Of a DNA stretch of 64,000 nucleotides, positions 31,261 to 41,478 are shown in pieces. The stretch covers positions 128,001 to 192,000 of the forward strand of contig CAVZQN010000006.1 in the NCBI GenBank assembly GCA_963777505.1, read 5' to 3'. The stretch is from an uncultured bacterium. GTDB taxonomy: Bacteria; Acidobacteriota; HRBIN11; JAKEFK01. Position numbers and translations under genes: made by a program. Positions within the stretch are counted from its first letter, which is position 1. Every line of letters starts with the position of its first letter. Under the pieces are notes generated by a model. That model was not told the DNA's origin and ran no database searches. It was given only the letters and a program-made list of their open reading frames with translations.

Positions 31261-33048
31261 TTATTCTTGAAGAAGTGCTGATCCGCGTGAAGGGAAAAAA
31301 CCACTGGGGAAAAATTGATTCGTTTTTTCGAGCAAATATTCATTGATCTCTTGCGCTGTTGACAGAGTGAGGCAGTGTTCAAAGACTTCACGGGCGTCTG
31401 AATACTTTACGGATCGGACAATTTGTTTAATCAAAGGAATAGAAACTGGATTCATCGAAAGCTCATCAAGCCCCAGTCCCAGAAGGACCAGTGAATATTG
31501 CGGATCGGACGCCATTTCTCCGCATAGACCCACCTTAACACCAGCTTCATGCGCCTTATCAACAATGAACTTCATGATCCGGATCACCGTAGGATGCATC
31601 GGATCATATAAATAAGAAAGATGATCATTGTTTCTATCTACAGCCAGCAAATACTGAATTAAGTCATTTGTACCGATACTGAAAAAATCTACTTCCTGTG
31701 CCAGTAGATCTGCAGTTAAACCCGCAGATGGAACTTCAACCATAATTCCCACAGAAATGCTTTCATTGAAATCAATCTTCTTGATTCGCAATTCTTCTTT
31801 AGCTTCTTCAAGAGTCGCACGAGCTTGCCGAAGTTCACTGAGCCCTGAAATCATAGGAAACATGATTTTCAAACGCCCAAAAACACTCGCGCGCAAAAGA
31901 GCCCGAAGCTGTATTTTAAACATCTCTCTTTTTTGAAGACAGAAACGGATGCCGCGATTTCCCAGGGCTGGATTTGGTTCGCGATTGACTCCCATACCCA
32001 TCGCTGGTGTAAATTTTTCTGCTCCAAGATCCGCAGTTCGAACAATTGCAGAATGTGGATAGACACGTTCGGCAAGCGTTTTATAAACTTCAAAGTGCTG
32101 ATCTTCAGTCGGCAAACTGTCCGGGTTTGCTAAAAATAAAAATTCAGAACGATAAATTCCAATACCCTGGGCTCCGGATTTAATTGCTGATTCAATATCA
32201 TCAGGTAATTCAATATTTGCCTGAATGATTAATTTGCGACCGTCTTTTGTTATCGCAGGGCGATCCTTAATTGAAATCAGCAGATTTGAGTGTTCTTCAT
32301 AATAACGTTTCTTATTCTGATACTCTCGCAGCTGAGTTGGAGTAGGATCCAGAATCACAATCCCTTCATAACCGTCAACAATAACGAATTGTCCGGAACG
32401 AGCCTGTGAAATCAGATCACTCATTCCAGTTACAGCCGGCATTTCGAGCGATCTCGCGATGATCGCAGTATGGCTCGTTTTTCCACCGATTTCGGTAACG
32501 TATCCAACAACTGGAGCGTTGTTCAACTCAACGAGATCGGAAGGACTTAGCTGATAAGAAAAGACAATCACTTCTTCATCGACTTCAGTAACTTTATGAA
32601 CATCGATCTGCGTCAAATTAGCCTGGATCCTGTGTATTACATCTTCAACATCCGAAACACGCTCCTGCCAGTAAGCATCTTTCATGTTGTCAAAGATTTT
32701 TGTTAATTCTGAAGCCGTTTCGTTTAATGCCCACTCAGCATTCACTTTTTCCTTGCGGATTGTTTCAAGAGTACTTCCAAGCAGAAGTTGATCTTCAAGC
32801 ATCAACATCTGAGCATCCATGATATAGCTGTGACCTTCGCCAAGCCGCGCACTTAACTGATCTTTCAAAACGGCAAGCTGGCTTCGGGTTTTATCAAGAG
32901 CTTTATGGAGGCGCGCTATTTCTTCATCGATCTGATCTAAATCGAGATCCATCCGGAATACGGATATGTGCTGCTTTTCAAGCAAGAGGCATTTGCCATA
33001 GCCGATACCAGGTGAAAGAGGCGTCCCTTTGTTGATGTTCTTCTGCAT
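31261..33048 (-). CDS. ptsI: PTS enzyme I (phosphoenolpyruvate-protein phosphotransferase)
   Basis: GGKTSHTAI phospho-His, GIYRSEFLF, DFFSIGTNDL, CGEMA; no GAF domain. Confidence 0.96.
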   Translation of the reverse strand: MQKNINKGTPLSPGIGYGKCLLLEKQHISVFRMDLDLDQIDEEIARLHKALDKTRSQLAVLKDQLSARLGEGHSYIMDAQMLMLEDQLLLGSTLETIRKEKVNAEWALNETASELTKIFDNMKDAYWQERVSDVEDVIHRIQANLTQIDVHKVTEVDEEVIVFSYQLSPSDLVELNNAPVVGYVTEIGGKTSHTAIIARSLEMPAVTGMSDLISQARSGQFVIVDGYEGIVILDPTPTQLREYQNKKRYYEEHSNLLISIKDRPAITKDGRKLIIQANIELPDDIESAIKSGAQGIGIYRSEFLFLANPDSLPTEDQHFEVYKTLAERVYPHSAIVRTADLGAEKFTPAMGMGVNREPNPALGNRGIRFCLQKREMFKIQLRALLRASVFGRLKIMFPMISGLSELRQARATLEEAKEELRIKKIDFNESISVGIMVEVPSAGLTADLLAQEVDFFSIGTNDLIQYLLAVDRNNDHLSYLYDPMHPTVIRIMKFIVDKAHEAGVKVGLCGEMASDPQYSLVLLGLGLDELSMNPVSIPLIKQIVRSVKYSDAREVFEHCLTLSTAQEINEYLLEKTNQFFPSGFFPSRGSALLQE

Positions 33049-33317
33049 TATTCGCCTTCATCAAACTTTCGTTCGATTAAATCGCAAAGCGCATTCATCG
33101 CGTCTTGTTCGTCATTTCCATCAGTCATAATCGTAAGAGTGCTACCCATGTGTGCGGCGAGAACGAGTACTCCGAGAATACTTTTTCCATCACTGAGCTG
33201 ACCATCTCTTGATAGATTGATCTTTGATTCGAATTTCGTCGCGAGTTGCACCAGCTTGGACGCTGCGCGGGCGTGCAACCCTTTTTTATTTACGATTAAA
33301 ACATCCCGCTGCTGCAT
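33048..33317 (-). CDS. ptsH: Phosphocarrier HPr
   Basis: GLHARA (His15), GKSILG (Ser46). Confidence 0.95.
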   Translation of the reverse strand: MQQRDVLIVNKKGLHARAASKLVQLATKFESKINLSRDGQLSDGKSILGVLVLAAHMGSTLTIMTDGNDEQDAMNALCDLIERKFDEGE

Positions 33318-33320
33318 CGT

Positions 33321-33725
33321 TTACTGTTTTAATGACAGAATTTCACTCGCAAGATAAATGCTCTTTTTGCCCTGCTCATGAATCATTTGTGCCAGCTCCT
33401 TTAAGTTGAAACGGTCACCAACATTCACAATTTTGATGAGCATAGGCAGATTTACGCCTGTAATGATTTCAACTTTGTCTGACAAAAAAGACAGACTTAT
33501 ATTGGATGGCGTTCCACCAAACATGTCTGTCAAAATCAATACACCATTTCCCTGATCGACTTTTGTGATAGCCGAAGAGATTGTTTTTTGAATGTCAGAC
33601 ATATCATCATTCCAATCGACAGTAATCGGTATGATGTTATCTACATTTCTACCCACAATTATTTTGGTTGTTTCAACCAATTCCTGCGCTAACTTTCCAT
33701 GTGTAACAATGAGAATCCCTACCAT
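33321..33725 (-). CDS. PTS mannose/fructose-type EIIA component
   Basis: IVTHG, LTDMFGGTPSN, GVNLPML. Confidence 0.93.
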   Translation of the reverse strand: MVGILIVTHGKLAQELVETTKIIVGRNVDNIIPITVDWNDDMSDIQKTISSAITKVDQGNGVLILTDMFGGTPSNISLSFLSDKVEIITGVNLPMLIKIVNVGDRFNLKELAQMIHEQGKKSIYLASEILSLKQ

Positions 33726-33832
33726 TTTCCCTTCTCCATTAAAATTGCAAGAAAAATGATTCTAATACCATTTTAGTTCTATTGGGATCAAGTGGCGACA
33801 TGGTTCCCCCCTCGTCAAAAGATCCTAAAATT

Positions 33833-34720
33833 CTACTCTTTTTCGACGTCTCGATGCTTGCAGCGAACTTCATGTCCTTGAGACCGCAAGAGTTCTTCCA
33901 GGTAGTTTGCAATAGCTACTGAACGATGTCTACCCCCAGTACAGCCGATGGAAACAGTGAGGTAAGTTTTTCCCTCTCTTATAAATTTTGGCATAAGAAA
34001 TTTGAACATTTCTTCCAGTTTCTTCAGAAATTCACGAGTATCTTGTGATTCCAAAACATAGTTCCTTACGTCCGGATCAGTGCCAACTTGATTTTTAAAC
34101 TCTGGAATAAAAAATGGATTCGGTAAGAATCGCACATCAAAAATAATATCGCTGTTAAAGGGAATCCCATGTTTGTATCCAAAACTAATGATCGAGATTA
34201 CAAGTGGTTTTCCATCAGGAGAGGAGGATGAATAGATTTTGTTTAGATGCTCGCGTAACTCATGAATATTAATCGTTGATGTATCAATAATAATGTCTGC
34301 CAGCTCACGAATCGGACGCAACCTTTCCCGTTCCTCTGTAATTCCCTGAAGTACTGGACGATCAAAAGCAAGTGGATGCGGACGCCGCGTTTCGCTGAAA
34401 CGCCGTTGCAGCACTTCATCCGAAGCTTCGAGAAATAAGATGGAAAAGTTATACCCTTCTGCTTTCATTTTTTCGTATTCGGCAGGAAAGTCGTGCAGGA
34501 ATCCTCCTTCCCGAATATCGATGATCAAGGCTACATTCCTGATTTCCTCGCCTTTGCGTGTGCAGAGTTCTACGAAGGTTGGAATGAGTTTAGCGGGCAA
34601 ATTATCAACGCAAAAAAATTCCAGATCTTCGAAGCACTTCATAGCTCCACTTTTCCCGGAGCCAGAAAGCCCTGTAATGATGATAAATTGAGTTGGCTGT
34701 TGCGGGTCGACCATCCTCAT
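33833..34720 (-). CDS. rapZ: RapZ/YvcJ P-loop nucleotide-binding protein
   Basis: GLSGSGKS, VDNLP, ETRRPHPL, DVRFLPNP, GCTGGRHRS. Start moved to ATG 34720 (or 34714). Confidence 0.95.
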   Translation of the reverse strand: MRMVDPQQPTQFIIITGLSGSGKSGAMKCFEDLEFFCVDNLPAKLIPTFVELCTRKGEEIRNVALIIDIREGGFLHDFPAEYEKMKAEGYNFSILFLEASDEVLQRRFSETRRPHPLAFDRPVLQGITEERERLRPIRELADIIIDTSTINIHELREHLNKIYSSSSPDGKPLVISIISFGYKHGIPFNSDIIFDVRFLPNPFFIPEFKNQVGTDPDVRNYVLESQDTREFLKKLEEMFKFLMPKFIREGKTYLTVSIGCTGGRHRSVAIANYLEELLRSQGHEVRCKHRDVEKE

Positions 34721-34759
34721 AATAATAAACGATTCAGGTGGATAACGCAGGAGGGAGGA

Positions 34760-34783
34760 TTTACCACGAAGGCACAAAGAGCA
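34760..34783 (-). repeat. Junction repeat family A copy (TGCTCTTTGTGCCTTCGTGGTAAA on the minus strand)
   Basis: About 10 bp downstream of the hprK stop. Confidence 0.72.
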
Positions 34784-34793
34784 TGATGACTAT

Positions 34794-35753
34794 TTACGCC
34801 GTCGGGTCGCCGGCAATTTCGTCGATTTTGTCGGCAAGTTGCTTGCTTGCATTGTAACCCTGGGTGCGCAAAAGATAATTACGGGAAGCGACTTCAATCA
34901 AGATTGCGATATTTCTTCCTGGTGCAACCGGCATCCGGACAAGGGGTAAATCCACACTTAGAATTTCGTATCTGCTTTCTTCTAGGCCTAACCGGTCATA
35001 CTCAACATCCGGCTTCCACCGTTCCAGTGAAACGACAAGCTGAATCTTTTGAGCCAGACTGATTGCTGAAATTCCAAATAGATCTTTGATGTTGATTACA
35101 CCCAACCCACGCAGTTCCATGTGGTAACGGATTAAATCTGGAGAGCGGCCGATTAAAACAGTATCCGTTGTTTTTTTAATGATGACGATGTCATCCGATA
35201 CAAGCCGGTGACCACGAACGATTAAATCCAATGCACATTCGCTTTTGCCTATTCCGCTTTCACCGATTAACAGAACGCCCAATCCAAATACATCCAGCAG
35301 GTCTGCATGGAGATACGTTTTTGGAGCAAGAAGATCAGAAAGAAACGCGGTAATTTTTTCGATCGTATCTGAAGTTACATGTGGCGTTACCATAAGGGGA
35401 ATTTTATGGGCTTCTGATTCACGGATCATTTCAGGAGGCGGTTGTTGTCCGCGGCAAACGATAGAACAAGCAATATCAATTGAATAGAGCTGGCGCAAAA
35501 CTTCTTCCCGCCTGTTTTGATCAAGTGTTTTGAGGAATGCGAGTTCACTTTCACCGAAAATTTGAACACGTCCAGAGCGGACATACTGCGTAAAGCCAGT
35601 TAATGCCAGTCCCGGTTTTTGAATTTTTGGGAAGTGGATTCTATTGGCGAGACCTTCTTTTCCTGCAATGACCTGTAGATTTAAACCTGAAGCTTTATCA
35701 GTTAATAGCTCCGAAACGTAAACGTAAGGCCGTTCTACATTTTGAACCTGCAT
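34794..35753 (-). CDS. hprK: HPr kinase/phosphorylase
   Basis: GESGIGKSECALDL..RGHRLVSDD, ELRGLGVINI, PGRN. Confidence 0.96.
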   Translation of the reverse strand: MQVQNVERPYVYVSELLTDKASGLNLQVIAGKEGLANRIHFPKIQKPGLALTGFTQYVRSGRVQIFGESELAFLKTLDQNRREEVLRQLYSIDIACSIVCRGQQPPPEMIRESEAHKIPLMVTPHVTSDTIEKITAFLSDLLAPKTYLHADLLDVFGLGVLLIGESGIGKSECALDLIVRGHRLVSDDIVIIKKTTDTVLIGRSPDLIRYHMELRGLGVINIKDLFGISAISLAQKIQLVVSLERWKPDVEYDRLGLEESRYEILSVDLPLVRMPVAPGRNIAILIEVASRNYLLRTQGYNASKQLADKIDEIAGDPTA

Positions 35754-35755
35754 TT

Positions 35756-36229
35756 TTACGGAGCCACTGGCGCGCCCTCTTCCTCCTGTTTGATGAGCTG
35801 AATGAGTTCATTCTTGCCTGGTCTTTGACCCAGCCTGGCTAAAAAAGTCTGTGACTTTAAAAGTCTTGATAAAGCGGCAAGAGTGCGAAGATGAAGCACG
35901 GAAGAATTCGAAGGTGAAATCACGACAAAGAAAAAGCTTGTCGGCTGGCCGTCTATTGCTTTGAAATTCACACCTGAATCAGAGTATCCAATCGATAATA
36001 TCACTTGCGCTAAATTGTCGACCTTGCAATGTGGAATCGCTATGCTGTTTCCAATCCCTGTACTTTCCTGACTTTCTCTTTCAAGCAATCTTTGAAAAAG
36101 TAATTCCTGATTTGAATACTTTCCAGAGCCGCAAATCGCATTGGAAAATTCCATCAAAATGGACGGGACATCCTTGCCGCTTAGAGAAGGCAAAATAAGA
36201 TCCTCGGTTAAAAGCTCAGCTAGTTTCAT
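35756..36229 (-). CDS. ptsN: PTS EIIA(Ntr)-like protein
   Basis: ERESQESTGIGNSIAIPH; located in the rpoN operon. Start uncertain (36229-36241). Confidence 0.88.
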   Translation of the reverse strand: MKLAELLTEDLILPSLSGKDVPSILMEFSNAICGSGKYSNQELLFQRLLERESQESTGIGNSIAIPHCKVDNLAQVILSIGYSDSGVNFKAIDGQPTSFFFVVISPSNSSVLHLRTLAALSRLLKSQTFLARLGQRPGKNELIQLIKQEEEGAPVAP

Positions 36230-36249
36230 GAACATGTACACAAAAATAG

Positions 36250-36343
36250 TTCAGCGCTGAGTGCTGAGCAATGGGTGCTGAGTTAATTGGCAATCAACAG
36301 ATAAGCAAATGACTCAGCACTCAAAACTCATTACTCAGTACTT
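36250..36343. repeat. Inverted heptamer-arm element: (TGAGTGC)n ... (ACTCAGC)n
   Basis: Left arm GCTGAGTGCTGAGCAATGGGTGCTGAGT and right arm ACTCAGCACTCAAAACTCATTACTCAGTAC fill the hpf-ptsN spacer. Confidence 0.8.
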
Positions 36344-36869
36344 ATATGTCTGAATCAATGAGTCCAACATTACCGTCTTTTCGACGGTACAACACATTAA
36401 TCTTATCAGAATTGATATTTCTGAAAATCAAAAATGACTCTTTGCGGCGGTCGAGTTGCATCATTGCTTCTTCTTGTGACATCGGTTTGATGTCTTGCCT
36501 TCTGGCGCGGATTAATCGTGGTTCTTTGCTATCCATTGGTGCCATGTTCTCTGCAAGCTTTGTAACCTTAGGCGCTCTCTGACGCTTCCTTGAAATGAAT
36601 TTTTCTTTATGCCGCTTTAATTGCTTTTGAATTTTTTCAATAACTGCGTTAATCGATTTAAAAACATCCGAAGTTTCTTCAATGGCATTGAAACGTGCAT
36701 TTCTGTTATGTACCAGAAGTTCTGCTTTGTACCTATGTCTGGCATGTTCCAGGGTCAGTGAAACTTCAAGAAGTTCATCGAGGCTGATAATCTTGCGGAG
36801 TTTCGTTTCAGTGTACTTTTGGATTTGACCTGTAAGATTGAAGCCGCGTGCTGTGTAAGCGATGTTCAT
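36342..36869 (-). CDS. hpf: Ribosome hibernation promoting factor (long HPF)
   Basis: N-terminal S30AE domain plus C-terminal KPMSQEEAMMQL..F.IFRN..NVLYRRKDG. Confidence 0.94.
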   Translation of the reverse strand: MNIAYTARGFNLTGQIQKYTETKLRKIISLDELLEVSLTLEHARHRYKAELLVHNRNARFNAIEETSDVFKSINAVIEKIQKQLKRHKEKFISRKRQRAPKVTKLAENMAPMDSKEPRLIRARRQDIKPMSQEEAMMQLDRRKESFLIFRNINSDKINVLYRRKDGNVGLIDSDI

Positions 36870-36905
36870 GGCGTACTCCTTTCTCTGTTCATGTGATGCT
36901 GTGAA

Positions 36906-38351
36906 TTATTGTGATACAACTGAACGTCTCTGATGAGACGGGGGGATCTTCATATCTTCGCGATATTTCGCGATGGTTCTGCGGGAAATCTTAAGCCCTT
37001 CTTTTTGAAAAATGCTTGTTATTTCAGAATCACTCAGCGGCTTGCCTGGATTCTCTGCTTCAATAATTTTTCGCAATCGTTCCTTAATTGAAAGTGAACT
37101 AACATCAATACCTCTGGAATTTGAAAGTGAGCTGTGAAAGAAAAACTTCATTTCAAAGACGCCCTGAGGCGTGTGCATGTACTTATTTGTAACAGCCCGA
37201 GAGACTGTCGATTCATGCATTCCAATGTCTTCAGCTACAGTTTTCAGAATCAAAGGTTTTAAGAATTCGATTCCATAATCAAGAAACGATCTCTGATGCC
37301 GAACGATACTTTCCGCTACTTTATAAATGGTTTTTTGCCGCTGATCGATACTCTTAATCAGCCAGAGTGCGGATTTAATCTTTTCTTTAATGTATTCGAT
37401 TGTTTCGGGAGAATTACTTTCATCCATCATGCGTCTGTAGATGGGATTGATTCTGAGTTTGGGAATGCCATCATCATCCAGAATAATTTTGTAATCTGCA
37501 TCGACTTTAACGACGTAAACATCCGGCGTCACATATTGCGGTTTCGACGAACTGTACTTCAACCCCGGCATCGGGTCGAGATGCTTGATATGATCAACCC
37601 AAAGTTCAACATCATCCAGGGAACATTTCAGTTTTTTAGCAAGTTCGTTGTAATTATGATTGCGAAGTAAATCGAGATGTTCATTGATGATGGTTTCTAC
37701 AGGCGTATTGTTATAGCCGTAATGATGAACCTGAATCCTTAAACATTCCTTGAGATCTCGCGCCCCGATACCGATCGGATCCAGATGCTGAACGATATCA
37801 AGTGCCTTTTCAACATCCTTCATCTCGTATCCGTCAGCTTGTGCAATTTCTTCAAGCGGGACTTTTAAATAGCCGTTGTCATCTAAATTGCCAATGATTT
37901 GACGTGCAATCGTATTGTGCGGCTCAGGTGGAGCCGAAAGTCCAAGCTGCCATTCCAAATGTCCGGAAAGGGATGTTGGATTAACAAGTGTATTTTCAAA
38001 CGATGGATATTCTGTGATTTCAGGACTTGTAAAGGGTGTATAGCTTAAATCGAAGTAATCGCGGAAGAAGGCTTCATAATCAAAAGTATCATTAACATTT
38101 TCTCTGCCTTTATCTTCTGCGGCTGCAGCAGCGTCTTCTTCGGCTTCCTTCATCTCGTTTTCGGCATCGTATTCCTGTTCTTCCTGAATCGCTGTAGCTT
38201 CTTCGAGTATGGGGTTGACCTGCATTTCTTGTGCCAGATAATTTTGAAGTTCAAGACGGGCGAGAGGAAGAAGCTTGATCGCTTGTTGGAGTGACGGGGT
38301 CATCACCAGCTTTTGGCCGAGCTTGAGATGGAGCTTCTGTTGAATCGACAT
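36906..38351 (-). CDS. rpoN: RNA polymerase sigma-54 factor
   Basis: MTPSLQQAIKLL, HESTVSRAV, RpoN box SRRTIAKYRE. Confidence 0.98.
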   Translation of the reverse strand: MSIQQKLHLKLGQKLVMTPSLQQAIKLLPLARLELQNYLAQEMQVNPILEEATAIQEEQEYDAENEMKEAEEDAAAAAEDKGRENVNDTFDYEAFFRDYFDLSYTPFTSPEITEYPSFENTLVNPTSLSGHLEWQLGLSAPPEPHNTIARQIIGNLDDNGYLKVPLEEIAQADGYEMKDVEKALDIVQHLDPIGIGARDLKECLRIQVHHYGYNNTPVETIINEHLDLLRNHNYNELAKKLKCSLDDVELWVDHIKHLDPMPGLKYSSSKPQYVTPDVYVVKVDADYKIILDDDGIPKLRINPIYRRMMDESNSPETIEYIKEKIKSALWLIKSIDQRQKTIYKVAESIVRHQRSFLDYGIEFLKPLILKTVAEDIGMHESTVSRAVTNKYMHTPQGVFEMKFFFHSSLSNSRGIDVSSLSIKERLRKIIEAENPGKPLSDSEITSIFQKEGLKISRRTIAKYREDMKIPPSHQRRSVVSQ

Positions 38352-38358
38352 ACTTTAA

Positions 38359-39102
38359 CTAATCCAGTTTGAAAGTCTCCCCGAGATACACTTTCTTTAC
38401 TTCTGGATCGCTGGATAGCTCTACTGGTGAGCCGCTCCGGAAGATTTCCCCATTGTTGATGATATACGCACGGTCTGTTATTTTCAAGGTTTCCCGGACG
38501 TTGTGATCGGTGATCAAAATACCAATTCCATTATCACGTAATTTACTGATAATACTCTGGATATCGGCCACAGCGATAGGATCAATTCCTGCGAATGGTT
38601 CATCCAAAAGCATGAACGAAGGAGACGTGGCCAGTGCCCTTGCAATCTCAACGCGGCGCCGTTCACCGCCAGACAACGTATAGGCTTTACTATTGGCTAC
38701 GTGTTCCAATCCAAGTTCAGACATGAGATCTAGCATCCGTTGGCGTTTCTCCTGACCATTAAAGTTTAACATTTCCAGGATCGCCATGATATTTTCCGAG
38801 ACTGTGAGCTTACGGAATACACTTGGTTCCTGAGGGAGATAGCTAAGCCCTTGCCTTGCACGCAAGTACATGGGCAAATCAGTAATTTCTTGAGAATCAA
38901 GAAAAACGCTGCCTGATTCGGGAGGAGTTAAGCCAACGACCATGTAGAAGGTCGTTGTTTTTCCTGCACCATTAGGGCCGAGCAATCCAACGACTTCGCC
39001 TTGCTCCACATGAAAGCTTACACCCCGGACGACAACGCGGCCTTTGTAGCTTTTAGTGAGGTTTTCGCTTCTTAGATTTTTTCTTTTTTTTAGATCCTGC
39101 AT
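38359..39102 (-). CDS. lptB: LPS export ABC ATPase
   Basis: [52 protein letters not shown]. Confidence 0.97.
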   Translation of the reverse strand: MQDLKKRKNLRSENLTKSYKGRVVVRGVSFHVEQGEVVGLLGPNGAGKTTTFYMVVGLTPPESGSVFLDSQEITDLPMYLRARQGLSYLPQEPSVFRKLTVSENIMAILEMLNFNGQEKRQRMLDLMSELGLEHVANSKAYTLSGGERRRVEIARALATSPSFMLLDEPFAGIDPIAVADIQSIISKLRDNGIGILITDHNVRETLKITDRAYIINNGEIFRSGSPVELSSDPEVKKVYLGETFKLD

Positions 39103-41478
39103 CTAGAGTATCTTTCTTGGCGTCCGAGTCCGTTTCAACTTCATCTTTTGCAGATGTTGAGGAGGGAGAACCGTCACCTGTCATTTGAAGTGTCGTCGTT
39201 GCACGACCATCTTCCTGACCGTCGATCAGGATTCTATCATCCGATAAAAACAGGGTCAACATTCGTCCGACGATATCCGCCTTACCAGTCTCTGATAGCT
39301 TGGGACCACCTTCCAATACGAGCTTATGATCTTGTGCATAAAAAGTCGCCGTACTTCCAGTTCCCCGTTTTTGCTCGTGGTTGATTGATACTTTTCCTTG
39401 CGCATAAAGCCGATCGAGTTCAGATGTTTCCTGTTTTAGATAAAAATCCGCTTTTTCTGAGTTAATCTTTGTTGCTTCAGTAACAATTCTTACTTCTTTT
39501 TCAAAATGGATAATTCGATCTTTTTCTGCGTAGTTCATGATGCCGGAATCTACTGAAATCGGACCGGTCTTTGATGAATCGGAGCCTCCAAAGAGTTTGG
39601 ATCCTTCAGACTCTTCGGATTCTTCCGACTCTGTGGTCTGAGTGCCAGCTTTTGCAGCAGCTTCTTTCTTTTCCTCTTTCTTTAAAGATGCTTGTTCAAC
39701 TTTAGGTTGAGATTGAGCAGATGGCTTTACCTGTGTTTCTTTCTTTTCGTCTTTTGAGCCTTTCTTATCTTCTTCTTCGTTCTCTTTCTCTTGCGATTAT
39801 TGTAAAAAATTGTGTGTACTTTTTCGTAGGCGGACATTGTTTTTTCGCGGTCATTAATGATGAGTTTGCCCGCTGTAATTACATTTTTGTCCTGCCACAA
39901 TTTAGCTTTCTCAGTGTAAGTGGCTTCCGATTTTTGCGAATCCCAAACCATGTCTTCGGAGCTTATGTAAACCGGATTACTTGAACCAGAAGAAAACGGA
40001 AACGTTGTAGGCGTCTTTCCATCACTTTGGACAAAAGCGCTTTTCACATTCCCTGATGCATGAATGCCTGATGTTTCTTCAAATAGTTCCATATTTTCTG
40101 CTTTGATATTAAATGAAGCATCTGTAATTTCTGGTTCACCGATCAGATCGGTCTTTCGCTGTGCGCCTGTATAGAGTGCACTTTTGCTTGTAACGGTTCG
40201 GGCTCCTTGAACATGTTTAAATGAATCGTTGAATTGAATTTCTTTGACATCACCTGTCTCGGGGACCAATTTTGTGAAAAGATCATCACAGAAAATTGTT
40301 TGTGATGCTGCGATCTGCTGACGTTTTGGACTATCGAGAGGTTGCAGTTTTACAGAGACTTTTTTGTTGGCGCGGAATTCTTCCATGTCGCCGTTTTGAT
40401 TGAACTTTGCGTGAAACTCTTCGCCCTTGATAATTCGATTCTCTTTCGGCAGGTTCTTTTTATCGAACGTATGCAAGATGAACGTGCAGTCTCCTGTCGA
40501 ATGAAAATTGCTGATCGTGTTTCCGTCTTCATAAAAAAACATTTCTACAAATTCCGCAGATAAATCTTTACCCGATTCGGAATCTGCTGAGAAGACATTC
40601 GACATGCTTGGTGCTACTGCCGTTGTAGCTGGAATCACCGCGGGCGCCGGCTTCTCTTCTGGCTGGCCCTTATCCTTCTTGCCAGGTTTGCCAAACTGAA
40701 TCTGGACATTTTTAATGGCTGTCAGCTTTTCAAGGTCGTTGCTTCCTGGCTTGAATGCAGCCTCAAGGCGATGGGCTTTAATATTGTCTCGGCCCTGATT
40801 TACTTCAACGTTGCCTTCAAAGTAGGCGAAACCGGTTTTGCGGTCGATGTATCCGCTTTCTCCATTCATTATAACCGGCTTTCGGCTTTCACCGGTTAGA
40901 TTCACATACTGGACTTCCGGTTTTTCGTGAAGCTTCAATTCCTCGTTTGGAATGTTGTATGTGAAGCCTTTGCTTTTACCTTTAAGCGAGCGCCATTTAA
41001 AGTGTGAAACACCCGGTGTAGAAAAGGTTTGTGATTTGGCATCATAGCGGATCATATGCGCAGCTACAGCCATGCCTTCGCTGGACTTTACAAAGGTATC
41101 CTCAATCACAGTGATTTGATTGAAATCTTTTGAGATATTGCAACGCTTGCCGGTCACACGGATCGCTTCCTTTTGATTGTCGTCATAGAAAATGAATTCA
41201 GGATTGCTGAGCTGCTGCTGATCCGATTTCATCGTGAGCACCGTATCTGCATTGACTCTGTAGACGAGTTTGCCTTTATCAAAATGGCTGTAATCAATGT
41301 TGTGTTGTGTTGATACGGGTATCGGGCCTTTTCCTTGCTTGCCTTTCGGATCATTTTTGTCTGTTTCGCGAACAGCTTTATAATTCCAGCCCACATAAAA
41401 ACTAAAACCAATAACGGCCAACAGTAGAATGCGCGGGATCCATTTAACAATCGTAAAGCTGCGTTGAACGTTCGTCAT
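39053..41478 (-). CDS. Large LptC/LptA (OstA-repeat) LPS transport protein of about 808 aa, split by an apparent 1-bp frameshift at 39727-39796
   Basis: N-terminal TM and serial beta-jellyroll segments (ORF 39727-41478). A second frame is open 39796-39053 and gives an acidic linker plus a last OstA domain, directly before lptB. Confidence 0.8.

Noticed and set aside
34721-34777. RapZ N-terminal extension MCLRGK...
   Set aside because: The TTG start lies within a family A repeat copy; it is not part of the protein family.
39800-39812. T-run in ATT TTT TAC (minus strand) as a slippery site for the lptC/A frameshift
   Set aside because: The -1 frame has a TAA at 39797-39799 just downstream, so a shift there would terminate.
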